Part shown: one piece after another, positions 22,084-33,943 of the stretch
Position numbering within the stretch: the stretch's first letter is position 1
Layout of the letters: every line of letters begins with the position of its first letter
DNA from: Craspedostauros australis
Lineage: Eukaryota
NCBI GenBank assembly: GCA_030167865.1
Contig: JALAGF010003814.1
Span: forward strand, 1-64,000
Length of the DNA: 64,000 bases
Direction of reading: 5' to 3'
Position numbers and translations under genes: made by a program
The notes under the pieces: model-generated
The model's input: the letters and a program-made list of their open reading frames with translations, nothing else
Databases searched by the model: none
What the model was told of the DNA's origin: nothing

Positions 22084-25000
22084 TCAATCCCAGTTGTCCT
22101 CCAACCCCGCCAGCAGCTGCTGCTGGATCTTCTTCTGCACCTTCTGCTCCTGATGCTGCTTCTCCTCGATCTGCTTGCGCTTGTGGGACGCGTACTTGCT
22201 CAGGAACCCTTCGATGATCTGCTCACCCTTGGCCTCCCATTCCTTGCGATTCTCCAATGCGTAAGTCAGGTACTCGTCCGAACTCACGCCGAACACTTGA
22301 CATTCCGCCAGCTTGCGTGCCAGCGGGATGATGTAGTTGTCAAAGAACCACAGCTCGCCCTTGTACCACCCCAACGATGGATCCTTCGGGGAACGTCCCG
22401 ACTCGTACGCCGCGTACATCTCGCGGAACAACCGTTCGTTCCATTTCGTGTAGATGTGCCAATGCTGCATTGTGTGACTCACATCGGAGGCCTGCATCAG
22501 ATGCTCCAGGACGATCGTGGCCTTCAGATCGGCAACGTCCTCGGGCGACATCAGCAAGGCGCTTTCGTTGTGGAACGCCTTCTCCCAACGCTGGTTGCGC
22601 AATGCCTTCTGACCAGGATCGAAGATGTCCGTCGCCACGACGATGTTCACCACGACCTGCCGGAATTGACGCAGTTCGGCATCCGTGGCGTAGATGCATC
22701 GTTGCAACGCCTCGTAGTTTGGTTCCATCAGCAGCTCCCACGCCAATTCGACCGAGTTCTGCTCCGCCACGCTGCGATTCTGATAGAGAACGCCGATGTG
22801 CGGTTTCTCCTTGATCAGCTGCGCATTCGGCACACCTTCGTGGTCCACGTCGTGAATGAGCGCGGAGAAGATGATGGCGAATTGCGTCAATGGATCCGAC
22901 GTGATGCCGTGCGTGTAATGATGCAGATCGAAGGTGTTGTCGACATCGTCCTGTTCCTTGACGCGCTTCAGCAGCTTGTTGACGGACTGCGTGACGTGGT
23001 TGGCATGTTCGAAGTTGTGGAAGGCGTTGGCGCGGTAGAATGACGAAATCGTCGTCACGTAATCTCGCAGCTGGTCCATCACGACGGCGTCCAATTCCAC
23101 AGAGACGTGCAATTCGCGGATCCGTATCAGATCCTCCGGATCGATCTTGGGCAGCGTGATGGTCTCCGTGACTTCGTCCAGCACCAGGCTCTGCGTCGTG
23201 ATGGGTTCCACCTTGTCGTCCGGATCTCGCAACGCCCCTGTTATGTGCTCCATCGACGTGCGGAATTCCACCACCTGCTTGAGCGCACCCGCCAGCAGCT
23301 CGACTTGCCAATCAATGAGGCGTTCCGATTTGGTCGTGGCGCCCTCCGCTCCAGGCTGCGCCTTGATGAGGCCCTGGGCGTCGCCCCACATGAGAGGCCC
23401 GCCGGAGGGGAAGTCGGAGCTGTCCTCGGAATGCATGGAGCGTGACATCATGCCGTTGCAGGCCGTGGAGCTGCTGCGCGGGATGACCCAGAAGGTCTGC
23501 ACCTTGCCCTTGCCCTTGGCCTGGACGAGTTCGTCGCGCGGTCGGATCCAGTACTCCTTGCCGGCCTCCGTGACGAGGTCCGCGGTGGCCTGCGAGATTT
23601 GTATTTTGCGCGCCTCGCCCGTGCTCTCCATGCGCGATGCCATGTTGACGGTGTCACCGAATAATTGGAAGCGCGACTTTTCCCCCAGCAACACCCCCGC
23701 GATGCACGGGCCGCTGTGCAGACCGATGCGCAGGAACAATTCGCCCGTCTCTGGTCCAAGCGTGCGTTCCAGCCGTTTGGTCAGTTCCACCATCTTGGTC
23801 ATGCACTCGCGCGCAAACTTCACCATGCGGACGGCATGATCCGGTTGAGGATCTGGCAGACCGCACACTGCGACGTAGCAATCACCGATCGTCTGTTCGT
23901 GTTCAAGAGATGATGATGGTAGTGGTGGTGGAGAAGGGAATGGAATGGGTTGAGGCATGGTGAGTGAGGATCACGGAGATGAAAAAGTGTGGTTGGACGC
24001 CAACGTCGAAGGGTTCGTTCGTGAACTATTTTGCACAGCCATCATTCTGTTTGATGCGTCTGCGACAGATCGATACAAACACCGAGCAATGCACACAATA
24101 CACACAATATATGCAATACGCACAACATATGCAATGAACAACATCCCATTCCACACTCACCTCGACCTTAAAAACGGCCCGTTTCCGCGCCAACACATCA
24201 AAGGCATGATAGATGGTCTGCAACAAGGTGAAGACTTGTTCTGGTTCACGCTGCGAACTCCAGGCCGTGAAACCAGCGATATCCGCAAAGAGGACGGTCG
24301 TCTGTGGAAATAGATCGGCGATGGGTTTGGCGACGGGCACGCCGTTGCTGCCGACCGTGGCGACGGACGCGGCGCTTTCGACGACGATTTCGCCGCCGAG
24401 GCTGCTCGTCGACGACGTGTCGATGTTCTGCGGTGTGGCCGTGCTGTTGTTGCTGGAGTAGAGGCGTCCTTCCTTGAGGAAGTTCTTGAGGCGGTTTTTG
24501 GAGGATGATATTTTGGCGGAACCGAATATGGAGTCGCCGGTCGCTTCCGACATCTCGCCGAAGCTGGCCTCGGAGACGGAGACGACGTCGTTGGGTATGC
24601 TGTGGGCGGATAGGCGGCGTTGTTTCTTGCCGTCCTTGAGGGTGGGCGTCTGGTGCGATGCCACCGTGTTGTTGCTCTGGAATAATCGCTCGCGCACGTT
24701 GGCAGGGAAGAGGGAGGCGACGATGTGATCGGCGTCGCGATGCAGTTTGTTGACCATCTCGTGGCGGCGTTCGACCGCTGCGTTGTGCTGGAAGAGAACG
24801 TAGAGGAGCGACAGGAGGAAGGCGCTCTCGACAACGAAGTATACCGGCACGGGGATCTTTTGGCTTATTGTGTCATCGTCATCGCAACTGGCCGCGTTGC
24901 CGTCCTGCAGCAATATGATGAAGCAGGTCGTGACGAAGACGAAATTGAGAAGGACGAGGAGCAAGGACATGCGCCTCGAGCGCCTTATCCTTCGCGTCTC

Positions 25001-25234
25001 CCACTGCACCGCGGTCCTCTTCTTCTTGCCGCCATTGCGCTTTCCATTCTCGAGATCGAACTCCTCGCTGTTGGGCCCGCCTTCGGCATCGTGGTCGTAG
25101 CCCATGTTGTTCTCGTCATCCTCGTCGCGTCGGCTGGAGAAGCTGTTGTTGATGTCATCGAAGTACGGCGCCTCGACCTTTTCCTCCAGCGCGAAGACGA
25201 AGGAGTCATGGAATGAAGATTGCGAGGCGACCAT
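22084..25234 (-). CDS. Membrane-anchored class III nucleotide cyclase fused to a C-terminal class I cyclic-nucleotide phosphodiesterase domain (GC/PDE), ~960 aa
   Basis: Exons 25234-24161 (donor GTGAGT) and 23892-22084 (acceptor CAG). Cyclase motifs: TVLFADIAGFT, FKVE|TIGDCY, RFQLFGDTVNMASRMES. PDE motifs: FHNFEHANHV, IHDVDHEGVPN, VATDI, QASDVSH. Confidence 0.93.
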
Positions 25235-25309
25235 CGTGGGATGTGGTTGTCAATAGGCTTGTGTAATTGTGTGGTTGTGCCAGTGTGCCTGTCTGTGTAT
25301 TGACTGGTC

Positions 25310-25350
25310 GATTGACTGACTGATTGACTGACTGATTGATTGACTGATTG
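25310..25350. repeat. (GAYT)n tetranucleotide microsatellite upstream of the GC/PDE gene
   Basis: gattgactgactgattgactgactgattgattgactgattg. Confidence 0.85.
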
Positions 25351-27414
25351 GGTGCAAGTCAGAGTGCGGACACAATCACAAACGCAAACACAAGTATGGA
25401 ACTGCTCTGTTCTGCTCTGTTCTGTGGTTTGCCAAGCTATCTGCTCTGTTGATCAGTTGCCTGTTGCTTTGAATGTGATGTGATGTGGCTGCTTGCAATG
25501 AACTGCCTTGTGCTGCTTGGTATGGCTTCGATCTGTTCCACCCTGCTGACTCTGTTGGACAGACAATGCCGCCGACGGCTAAACCAACTCGACAAGTGGA
25601 TCAAAGGCGCTTTTTGCACCAGGTCCCTCTGACACCGGCTGCGTTGTTCCACGACCGACGCAGACGACCAAGAAGAAGTCACAGACGCGATGACGGGGGC
25701 GCCAGAGTTGGTCTTCGTGTTGTTGATGGCGCAAAAGTGGTTTCGATGGACCAAATCGGCGCTGTTCGGGGAGGGAAGCGAGGTACTAAGGATGGGCAGT
25801 GCACGGTTGTCGTTGTTGTGAGGGAAGAAGGGAGAAAAAGGAAGTGTCTGACCCCTCTCTTGCTCACAGCCTTCGCTCAAATCCTTTGGTCGTCCTCAGT
25901 TCAACGTTTGGAAGTCAACGATGGAAGTCGACGATGGACAGCCACACAAGACCAGCAGCGAGGCAATTGGCAACAACCGATTCCTCTCTTGATGGTGTTG
26001 TTGGTGTCGGTTCCGGTCCGATTATCCCTTTCTTCCAACGAACGCCTTCCAAGGATGCTGCGTCTTGTCCCTCTCGACTATGGTTGCCCAAGAGAGATGG
26101 GTCCGAATACGCTTGGCGAAGGGCGCGATATTCGTAGTGCGACTACTGTGACTGCCACTTCGCAGAACACGGTACGACTATGGAAGGAATGCAATTGCCG
26201 CAGCGGAGATGATGAGGATGGTGTCGTTCGTCTCGTGGCGGTGATCGTTGATGCCAAATGGATGCGGAAGGTCTCCGATGTGCGTCGCCTCTTTGATGAT
26301 CCTTCGGATGTCTTGCTGCAACCTGTTAGTGACCTTGGTCCTTGCTGAAGATGCTCGCTCGTGCAGCACCTCTTACCGGTAGCTTGTCGCTTTGCGTTGT
26401 CGCGCGGATGCTCCTTGCCTTTCGTGATGTCTCTTCGGATGGTGACTGTTGGCACGGACGACCGCTCGGGCATGCTCTGGAAGCAGATGGAAGTGGGCGG
26501 AGGTGATGCCTTCTGGTGTTGGTCTCTGCTGCTCTGCTCTGTGCAGTTGCTACTATACGACTACTGCCGTTGTTGTTCATCGACGCGGCACTGTTGTACT
26601 CGTGCTTTCGCTTCCCCAAGCTGTTGTTGCGTTCTTTGCGACTGGTGGAGAGTACTTGAACGGCGGGTAAAATGACGAGGATAAGTGTGGTGGGGTGTTA
26701 TTCCAAGTTCCTCCACCTGGCGGTGTTGGCGACTGTTATGTCTCTTGTTGTCATGTGGTGTGTCCTGTTGTGGCGAATCTGTGCGCCCAACGGGTAATCC
26801 CAAACGTCTCTCTCCGGCAGTTGTGACTGTCCATTTCACGCGTCCACGTGTTCGTGCGGAATGACGGTCATTTCTGAAGAACAGAGGCCGAAGCCCGCCG
26901 ACGACGTCAGAGGAGCCTCGACGAATCAGCTCATGGCAAGCGGTGATGCTTGCCTCAGGGGCGCTTCCCATCGCGCCATTGACACTCTCCGGACAGGACG
27001 AAGACGCAGAACTTCGACACGACTTGCATGCGGCGCACGCAACAACGACGGCAGCGTCAGACTTGGAGCGCGAAATACCATTGTCACATCATCACCAATC
27101 CTCAACCTGCTGCGCCGCTTTGGATTCTTTGGTAGTCGCTGTTCCACACGACACAAAGAATGGTGGTTCGAATTCTCTGTCAGTTGAACCGGTTGACGGT
27201 CAGACGTTGGCGCCATTCACGAAACGAATCCATCCACGTCCAACCAAACCATCATGTGTTTCGGATGGATGTTGCCGCGCTGCGTCCTTCCTTGATGGAC
27301 ATCTCCAACAGAGTGTCTGGAGACTTCATCATTGATTGTGTCTACATCATAGCTCGTGCGAGCAGAATAGAATAGAATAGAGGTTCATTGTGGATCTAAC
27401 ACTCAAAAGCAACC

Positions 27415-28479
27415 ATGAAGAGGAGAGCCTATCAGCAAAGAGACGACGGCCAAGAATCACCGTCGCCTTCATCTTCTGAGGCAGAAAGTAGCAACAGTGA
27501 GAACGACAACGACAATGAGAGTGACAACGAGAGTGAGAACGACATGGGATCGGAGGGCGTGAGTTCCTCATCATCGTCGTCGTCTTCAGCTGATGACGAT
27601 TCTAGCGATGGCCACAGAAACAGTGATGATGATGAATCGCGCAATTCCAACGACTACTACGATGATGCTGACAACGACCTGGGTTCCGAAGGTGTGAGCA
27701 GCGACGACGATGATAGCGATGGTGATGACGATGATGACGATGACAACCTGCCCCTCTCCGTCCGATTGCAACGACAGGAGGAACGCGGCGCCCGCAACCT
27801 GCGCGATGTACGCCAGCGTAAACAGAAGGCCCTGCAAGTGGCATCGCAACGACTGCAAACACACAGGGCGACGGACAGAAAGAAATCGAAACACGCCCCC
27901 ACCGAAGCCTCCTCCAAACGCAAGGCCTTCTTCCAGCGCGGCGCGTACCAATTCGCCGGATTGGGCGTCGACATCAACGCCAACCGCTACAAATCGAACG
28001 ACCCACGCATGTCCAATCTGGCCGGCCATTTCAACGAGGATCATTTCGAGCGCAACTACGAATTCGTCAACGACCTGCGCAAGCAGGAGATCGCGACGTT
28101 GCGGCAGCGCATCAAGGCGCACAAGGTGACGGGCAAGAAGGGCCAGAAGATGCGCAAGAAGCTGAAGATGACGGGCACGGCGACGCTGCAAGAAGACAAG
28201 GCGCTGCTGCAGGAGAAGCTGCAGGAGATTGCCGAGACGCAGCGCAAGGGGTTGGAGCGCGCGGCCAAGCGCAACATGAAGCGCAAGTTGCGCGACGACG
28301 TGGCGCAGGGCAAGGCCGGCGTGTACTACCTCAAGAAGAGCGAGCAGAAGAAGCGGCTGCTGGAGGCCAAGTTCGACGAGCTGCGGCGGCAGGGTGGCGA
28401 CAAGGCCGTGGAGAAGGCGCTGGCCAAGAAGCGGAAGAAGAACAAGTCCAGGGATGCTGGGAGGTTTATGAAGAAGTAG
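27415..28479 (+). CDS. RRP36: rRNA biogenesis protein RRP36 (DUF947 family), 354 aa
   Basis: Acidic N-terminus followed by KHAPTEASSKR, DPRMSNLAGHFNEDHFERNYEFV, YYLKKSEQKK and KALAKKRKK. Confidence 0.9.
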   Translation: MKRRAYQQRDDGQESPSPSSSEAESSNSENDNDNESDNESENDMGSEGVSSSSSSSSSADDDSSDGHRNSDDDESRNSNDYYDDADNDLGSEGVSSDDDDSDGDDDDDDDNLPLSVRLQRQEERGARNLRDVRQRKQKALQVASQRLQTHRATDRKKSKHAPTEASSKRKAFFQRGAYQFAGLGVDINANRYKSNDPRMSNLAGHFNEDHFERNYEFVNDLRKQEIATLRQRIKAHKVTGKKGQKMRKKLKMTGTATLQEDKALLQEKLQEIAETQRKGLERAAKRNMKRKLRDDVAQGKAGVYYLKKSEQKKRLLEAKFDELRRQGGDKAVEKALAKKRKKNKSRDAGRFMKK

Positions 28480-28721
28480 AATTGAATACTATTATACTCT
28501 GGAGAGAGTGACATCTCCATCATTGAACGTGAGCAAAAACAGACAATCATATGCCTACCTGACAGGTATCATCAGCAGATACAAGTGCATTTACGTCTTT
28601 ACTGTATTGAGCAATAGTATTGTGTAATGCATTAGATCATAATATACTATTGTATATATAATATGTATTATATAGGATGGCTATTACCGTACGTGAAACA
28701 TTCCATTCTATGAATCGCACT

Positions 28722-30920
28722 TCACTTGTCTTCTTCCCCGTGAACGCGTTGCCACACCCTGCGAAAGAAGAGCTTGCGCAGACCTCTGCGGTTCTTCTTG
28801 GTGACCTCCGATTTGGCCAGATGCGCCAGATCTTCCTTGATCTTGGGTGGGCACTTGCGGCACTTCTTGATGTGGTTGTGGATGTTGCGATCCGAGTTGG
28901 CCAATGCGAGAGCGCCGGCGGACGTGGGGAAGTAGCGTCCGAAACCGGCCTTGCCGTGGCAGTGCTTGCACATGATGCCGGGGAAGCCTACGGGGTTGCT
29001 CTTGACCTTGCTGCGGCCGCCGGAGCGGTCCTCCTCCGTGAAGGAGCACGTCTGCATCTGATCCATGAGGAGGAAGAGGTAGTCGGTGATGAGCTGACGG
29101 TCCTCGGGCTCCACGACCGGAGCGGACGGTTGCTTGGAGATCTGGTCGGCCAAGGCGGGGTGCGCCTTGGATCCTGCCGACGACGTGGTCGCTGCTGCGG
29201 GAGACATCGACTTTGGAATGGCCGGCAAGGCGCCTGGAGTGCGGATGAACCGAACACCGATGGGGGTGTCGCCCATGCCGAGGCGGCGGGCGGAATCCTC
29301 CCAGTACTTGCGCCTGCCGCCGGCCCTGGACTTGGATGACTCCATGAGCTGCGTCATGTTCTTCTTGACCCACGGGGCGATGTGCGGACACACGACGCTG
29401 TGCCTGCGCTGCCACGTCTCGATGGAGTGGTAGATGTTGCGCAGGGCCGATGGGAAGCAGACGGCACGTTCCGGGCGGTTGTTGCTGGGTCTGTGCTTGC
29501 AGTAGACGCACCGGATGCCGACCTGTCCCACGACCACCTTGACGCCGTGCGACTTGCCGTACCGCGGCGTGGCGATGTCGTCGACCGTGGCAGCGAAGGC
29601 TTCGACGCAGTACCGTCTCATGAAGCAGTGCAATGGCGACAGGACGTCCTCATCCTCGGGCAGCGCCAAGGACGTGGAGCCGGTGTGCCACTCGGGGTTC
29701 TCCGCGCTTGCCTTGGCCGTTGGCGAAGCTGGCAATGTGGCTGCCGTGTGCAAAGATGCCAGAGTGGAGGGTGTGGGAGGAGGCGAGTCCATGTCGGATT
29801 CCACGACGCTTGGGACGTCGCTGGCGTACTCATTGCGGTAGGAGTAGGAAAGCGGGCGGTGCGTCTGCGGAGACTCGAAGGAGAAGCTCGGGGTGACCCT
29901 TCCCTGACGGTGCTGGCCCTCCTTCGTGGAGAGGTAGGAATGGGCGTGCTTGGGCGGAAGCAGGGAGGAGGACGATGGTGCGTGCGTGGGCGTGGTGGCG
30001 GGCGCGAAGGCAGACGTGGGGGTTCCGACCGCGGCAGGTTGCTCCGATCGGATGGGACGGAAGAGCTGCGGCCTGCCCGTGGTGGCAGGGCGGTGATTCG
30101 GAGTGACATGGGCGGATCGTGCCTCGCTGGTGCTGGCTTTGCCGGTTGGCTTGAGGTTCATGAGAGCGTTCGCAGCCACCAGTTCGTCGTGGCCGCCATG
30201 CTCCTCAGCGCCTGGCTTTGGCTCGTGGCTAGCCTGGTTCTTGGGAACAAAGTGGGAAACGTGCTCCTTTCCTGGCGATTCCGCGTAAGAAGACGAGGTT
30301 TGTACGCAAGGGCGGTGCGCTGGCGTTGGGGGTGCCGTGGTGTGGATGGCAGGTCCGCGAGCAGAGGTGGGCATCCAACGGGCCCCGTTGTAGACGTACT
30401 TGGGGTGGTAGCTGAAGTGAGGCGCGGAAGATGCCGCCGTCGGCGCCAAGTGCTGCGGGTGTCTCGACATGGCCAGCTGTCTCTGCCTCTGTCGCAGCTG
30501 ATGCTCGTACTCGTACTCGAACTGTTGGAGGTGCTGAGTGTGGGTGTGGGTGTGCGAGTGCGGATGCGAAAGATTGAGATTGAGGTTATGGTTGTGACTG
30601 TGGTTGTGGCTGTGATGGTGTGATTGAAGTGCGCGGTATCCTTGTGGTTGTGCCTGTGGTTGTGGCTGGTGGTGCTGCTGCTGTTGATTATGGTGGTGAA
30701 AATGACGAGCTGCGTGTGACTGGGGGGAACTGGGGTTTTGCAAAGGAACCTGCATTGGAACCATGATGGTTCGATACCCGTTCGATGCGCCTCCGTTGGT
30801 TCCCGCCAAAGTTGCTCCTGGTGTTGCTATTGCTGCGGCGGATGGCGCGGAAATTGCAAGCGGAGAACGGGGTTGTCTGGAATAGTGAGGGCTGGCGAGG
30901 TGAGTGATTGGAGCTGCCAT
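28722..30920 (-). CDS. Uncharacterised protein with a Q/H/P-rich N-terminus and two tandem CxxC..H..C domains (putative Zn-binding regulator), 732 aa
   Basis: Long ATG ORF with strong coding bias. Domain 1: GQVGIRCVYC..FP..RHSVVCP..YWEDSARRLG. Domain 2: GFPGIMCKHC..GRYFP..NHIKKCRKCP..FFRRVWQRVH. Confidence 0.85.
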   Translation of the reverse strand: MAAPITHLASPHYSRQPRSPLAISAPSAAAIATPGATLAGTNGGASNGYRTIMVPMQVPLQNPSSPQSHAARHFHHHNQQQQHHQPQPQAQPQGYRALQSHHHSHNHSHNHNLNLNLSHPHSHTHTHTQHLQQFEYEYEHQLRQRQRQLAMSRHPQHLAPTAASSAPHFSYHPKYVYNGARWMPTSARGPAIHTTAPPTPAHRPCVQTSSSYAESPGKEHVSHFVPKNQASHEPKPGAEEHGGHDELVAANALMNLKPTGKASTSEARSAHVTPNHRPATTGRPQLFRPIRSEQPAAVGTPTSAFAPATTPTHAPSSSSLLPPKHAHSYLSTKEGQHRQGRVTPSFSFESPQTHRPLSYSYRNEYASDVPSVVESDMDSPPPTPSTLASLHTAATLPASPTAKASAENPEWHTGSTSLALPEDEDVLSPLHCFMRRYCVEAFAATVDDIATPRYGKSHGVKVVVGQVGIRCVYCKHRPSNNRPERAVCFPSALRNIYHSIETWQRRHSVVCPHIAPWVKKNMTQLMESSKSRAGGRRKYWEDSARRLGMGDTPIGVRFIRTPGALPAIPKSMSPAAATTSSAGSKAHPALADQISKQPSAPVVEPEDRQLITDYLFLLMDQMQTCSFTEEDRSGGRSKVKSNPVGFPGIMCKHCHGKAGFGRYFPTSAGALALANSDRNIHNHIKKCRKCPPKIKEDLAHLAKSEVTKKNRRGLRKLFFRRVWQRVHGEEDK

Positions 30921-33900
30921 GTTGCTGAGCTGTGCTGTGTTGCGATCTGGTATGGGATGTTGTGCGATGCGATGATTGCTGGACTGAAGTTGATGAGATG
31001 ATGCGAATTATGAGGATGTGTGCGAGGATGAGGGGGTGGATGATGATGGTCTCTCAGGTGCGGGCGTGGAGGAGATTGGTGGAAGCCTGTCGTGTTTCTC
31101 TGATTTTGGCGGTTACTCCTTTGCAGGCTTTTGTGCTCTTGTGCTCTTGTGTCAGTGGGGCTGTCTGCCTCTGTCCCTTGTCCCTTGTTGTTGACGGTGA
31201 TGTCGATCTCGGGGTCGATGGTGATGTCAAATCAGGAGGTTTAGTTGTGGGTGTTCAATCGATGGTTGGACTGATTGTGTTGTTGATTGTGTTGTTGATT
31301 GCACAGTTGAATGTTCAGTTGATGCTGTTGATGAGAAGAGGATGACGGCGCGTCACAGGACCAGAGCATCTTCATGTGGATCGCGAATGGAGAAATCGCT
31401 TCACTCCTGCTTGCGTGTCGTGCTTGCCCATGTGCTTCCCCACTCTCACTGGATGAGCAATGCACCACAAATTGATGGAGTTGCCAACGACACAGAGAGA
31501 TGGAGAGATGGAGAGGTCATCCCATTCCGTTTTCGTCGAGAGAACGACTCCTTCTGTTGGTGGCTTTGCTTTGATTTTTCATTTCATTTCCATTCCCACT
31601 CCGATCTTTCTCAAACTTCTTTGTTCGGCAATTTGAAAATGGCTTGGTTGGCATGTGATGGGCAACGGTTACGGATTGAGCACGCCAAATAGCGGAAGTG
31701 ATGGCGTTGTCGTTATGTCGTCGGACGTCTCACCTTAAGCAACCAATCCTGGGAAACTAAGTCTCACACATGAAAACGAGCCTACCGAGGTGACGGACAT
31801 CTCCACACCACGATCGAAATCAGAACAAAACGGGAACCACCACGAATCTAAAATGTGACAAACGGCACCAGGCCACCGAGTTGCGGGTTCACCGTCTTTG
31901 CCGTTTTTACATGTGCTTCATGTCGGATCATGAACATCGCACAGGAAGACCCTTCCGAATGCGTCATTTGTTTTCAAAATTGGCCACTCCACATTGGCAC
32001 GATCACCCAGCTGCGCGAAGCGCATCACATCTCCGACAATCGGACACATCAGTTTCTGCGAACGTCGTTGTGCGTCTCTCTTTCTCTTTCCATTTCTCTT
32101 TCGATTTGATTGGGGTCGTCACGCGTGTGTCCAGCATTGTCCATGCCAATCTCTCATTCGGAGCGTCGCAACAACAACGAACCAACATCACGACTTGAAC
32201 CTCACAAAGTTGCCGTTCCTATTGCCGTTGCTGGAACAACGAGTCGGTGTTGTGAAGGCCGTTGGCCGAAGACGAGAGAGGTGGCTTTGCGACCGGATTG
32301 TCCATCACATGCGTGCACTATGCTCGCAGAGCACAGCAGAGTATGGTATTTACGGTTACGAGTGCTTCCTCTACCATACTCGTTCGCGTATGCGCCAAAC
32401 AACCCCGTTCAGCGAATCGTAGGAAACCCCAGATGAGCACGTTCTTGAGAGCGGTTGGGCAGTCGTACTACTACTGATAGGATTGCCCAAAGCGTATTGC
32501 CTTCCCTTGCACGAATACTCTGTGTTCATACCAAACACGTTCACTCGTGTCTCTGCAGAGAGCACGTCACGGATAAGACCTACGGATACAAAGTAGAGTA
32601 CTATTACTCAAAGTTGACAGTTCGCGTGAGTGCAGCTTATTCGAACTATCGCCTACTATCACGCCTGGTCGCTCTGCTGATTGATTCGTAGTTCCGTCCT
32701 TCTCAATCTGTTTTCAGTCGTTGCCTTTGTCTTCGAAAAGCAGGCAAGGCATGCCATTCGTACATCTGGAATCAGACGCGCGTACGTGCACACGTACACA
32801 CATGCACACATACAAACAACCCTTTGAATAGCAGAGAGTGGAGAGCCATACGAATACTCTGTTGCAGCGTGTGGTGCTTTACCATACCAACGCTAAGAGT
32901 AGACCGTACCATACACATTCACACTAGATGATCTCAATCACCCATTCGCTCGCGCCCACCTGCTCAACCTCCAAGCTAATCACTCGTTCGACAACTGCAC
33001 CAAGTCCTGGAAGAGGATCTCTGTCTGAAGCTCCTTTTCTCCCTCTCTCGTTCGTCCACACCACACCACACCGCGCCATGCCATACCGACCGACACTCGA
33101 CGTCCATCTCCACCCGTATGTATCCCTGCTCAACTGCGAAGACCACGACTTAAAGCCAAGCTGCAGTTCCGAATGCCACGATCCGTTGCCCCATCTTGGA
33201 ACTGCCTCGATCGGCATGCAACATGCGCCGGAGACCTTGCGTTAGTCACTGCAGGATTCAAATAGACAACCGCAGCCACCAATGAAAGCCGAAGGAACCT
33301 CTAAGTGACATCTAAGTAGCATTCAGAATCACCCGTTGCACACGCGCTCCACGAACAACTGTTGCAGAAGAGAGAAGTTGGATGATTTCAAAACTGTGCA
33401 TGATCTATCTTCGAGATGCTAGTATGCATGTGTGGCGGAACATACGAAGTCTCATCGCGACCTCAATGTTCAATGTTGGTCCATTGAGTCATACGGCCGA
33501 AACGAAAGGAACCCGGTTGTTGTCACAAAAACGACAAACAACACAAAAAGACGGAGACTTCTTTCGTCGCACGGTTGGCCGAAGCCACATCGAAACTGCG
33601 CTGGCTGGGAACCAACGGCAACACCCACACAGAAGAAAGAGAGGGAAAGGAGGAAGCTACACTGCCACAAACACAAACAGGCCACCACCTCGCTGTTTCT
33701 CTCACTCTCTCTGACTCTCTTTGCGGCATTGATCGGCATCCAGCAAAGGTTTCAAAACTTCCTACCATCTCCGAACATCACACCGCCCTGAATCATCCTC
33801 GACAAACAACGGCTCCTCACACCGCAAGCAGTGCCACGCGTACTGTACGACCGATCACCAGGTGGGACGCAAGAGGCGCCAATGATTCAAACACCACGCC

Positions 33901-33943
33901 AAGTCAACACAGAGCACTCTTTCGTCGCGCAGACAACCCCACA

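Noticed and set aside
21895..23043. 382-aa plus-strand ORF
   Set aside because: Antisense shadow of the PDE-coding region.
25485..26348. 287-aa plus-strand ORF upstream of the GC/PDE gene
   Set aside because: Non-ATG start, atypical composition and no motifs; probably non-coding upstream DNA.
27110..27190. GGTTCGAAT T-loop-like motif suggesting a tRNA
   Set aside because: The flanking bases do not form a T-stem and no cloverleaf can be built.
19968..28479. Proximity of two ribosome-biogenesis genes (RRP14 and RRP36) as a functional cluster
   Set aside because: They are separated by an unrelated gene and I see no shared regulatory motif; chance is a sufficient explanation.
29382..30623. 413-aa plus-strand ORF
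   Set aside because: Antisense shadow of the 28722-30920 gene.
32700..32830. Small hairpin (TGCCTT..AAGGCA) and ACGT/CACA-rich tract in the divergent intergenic region
   Set aside because: Too short and low in complexity to support an ncRNA, riboswitch or specific regulatory-site call.
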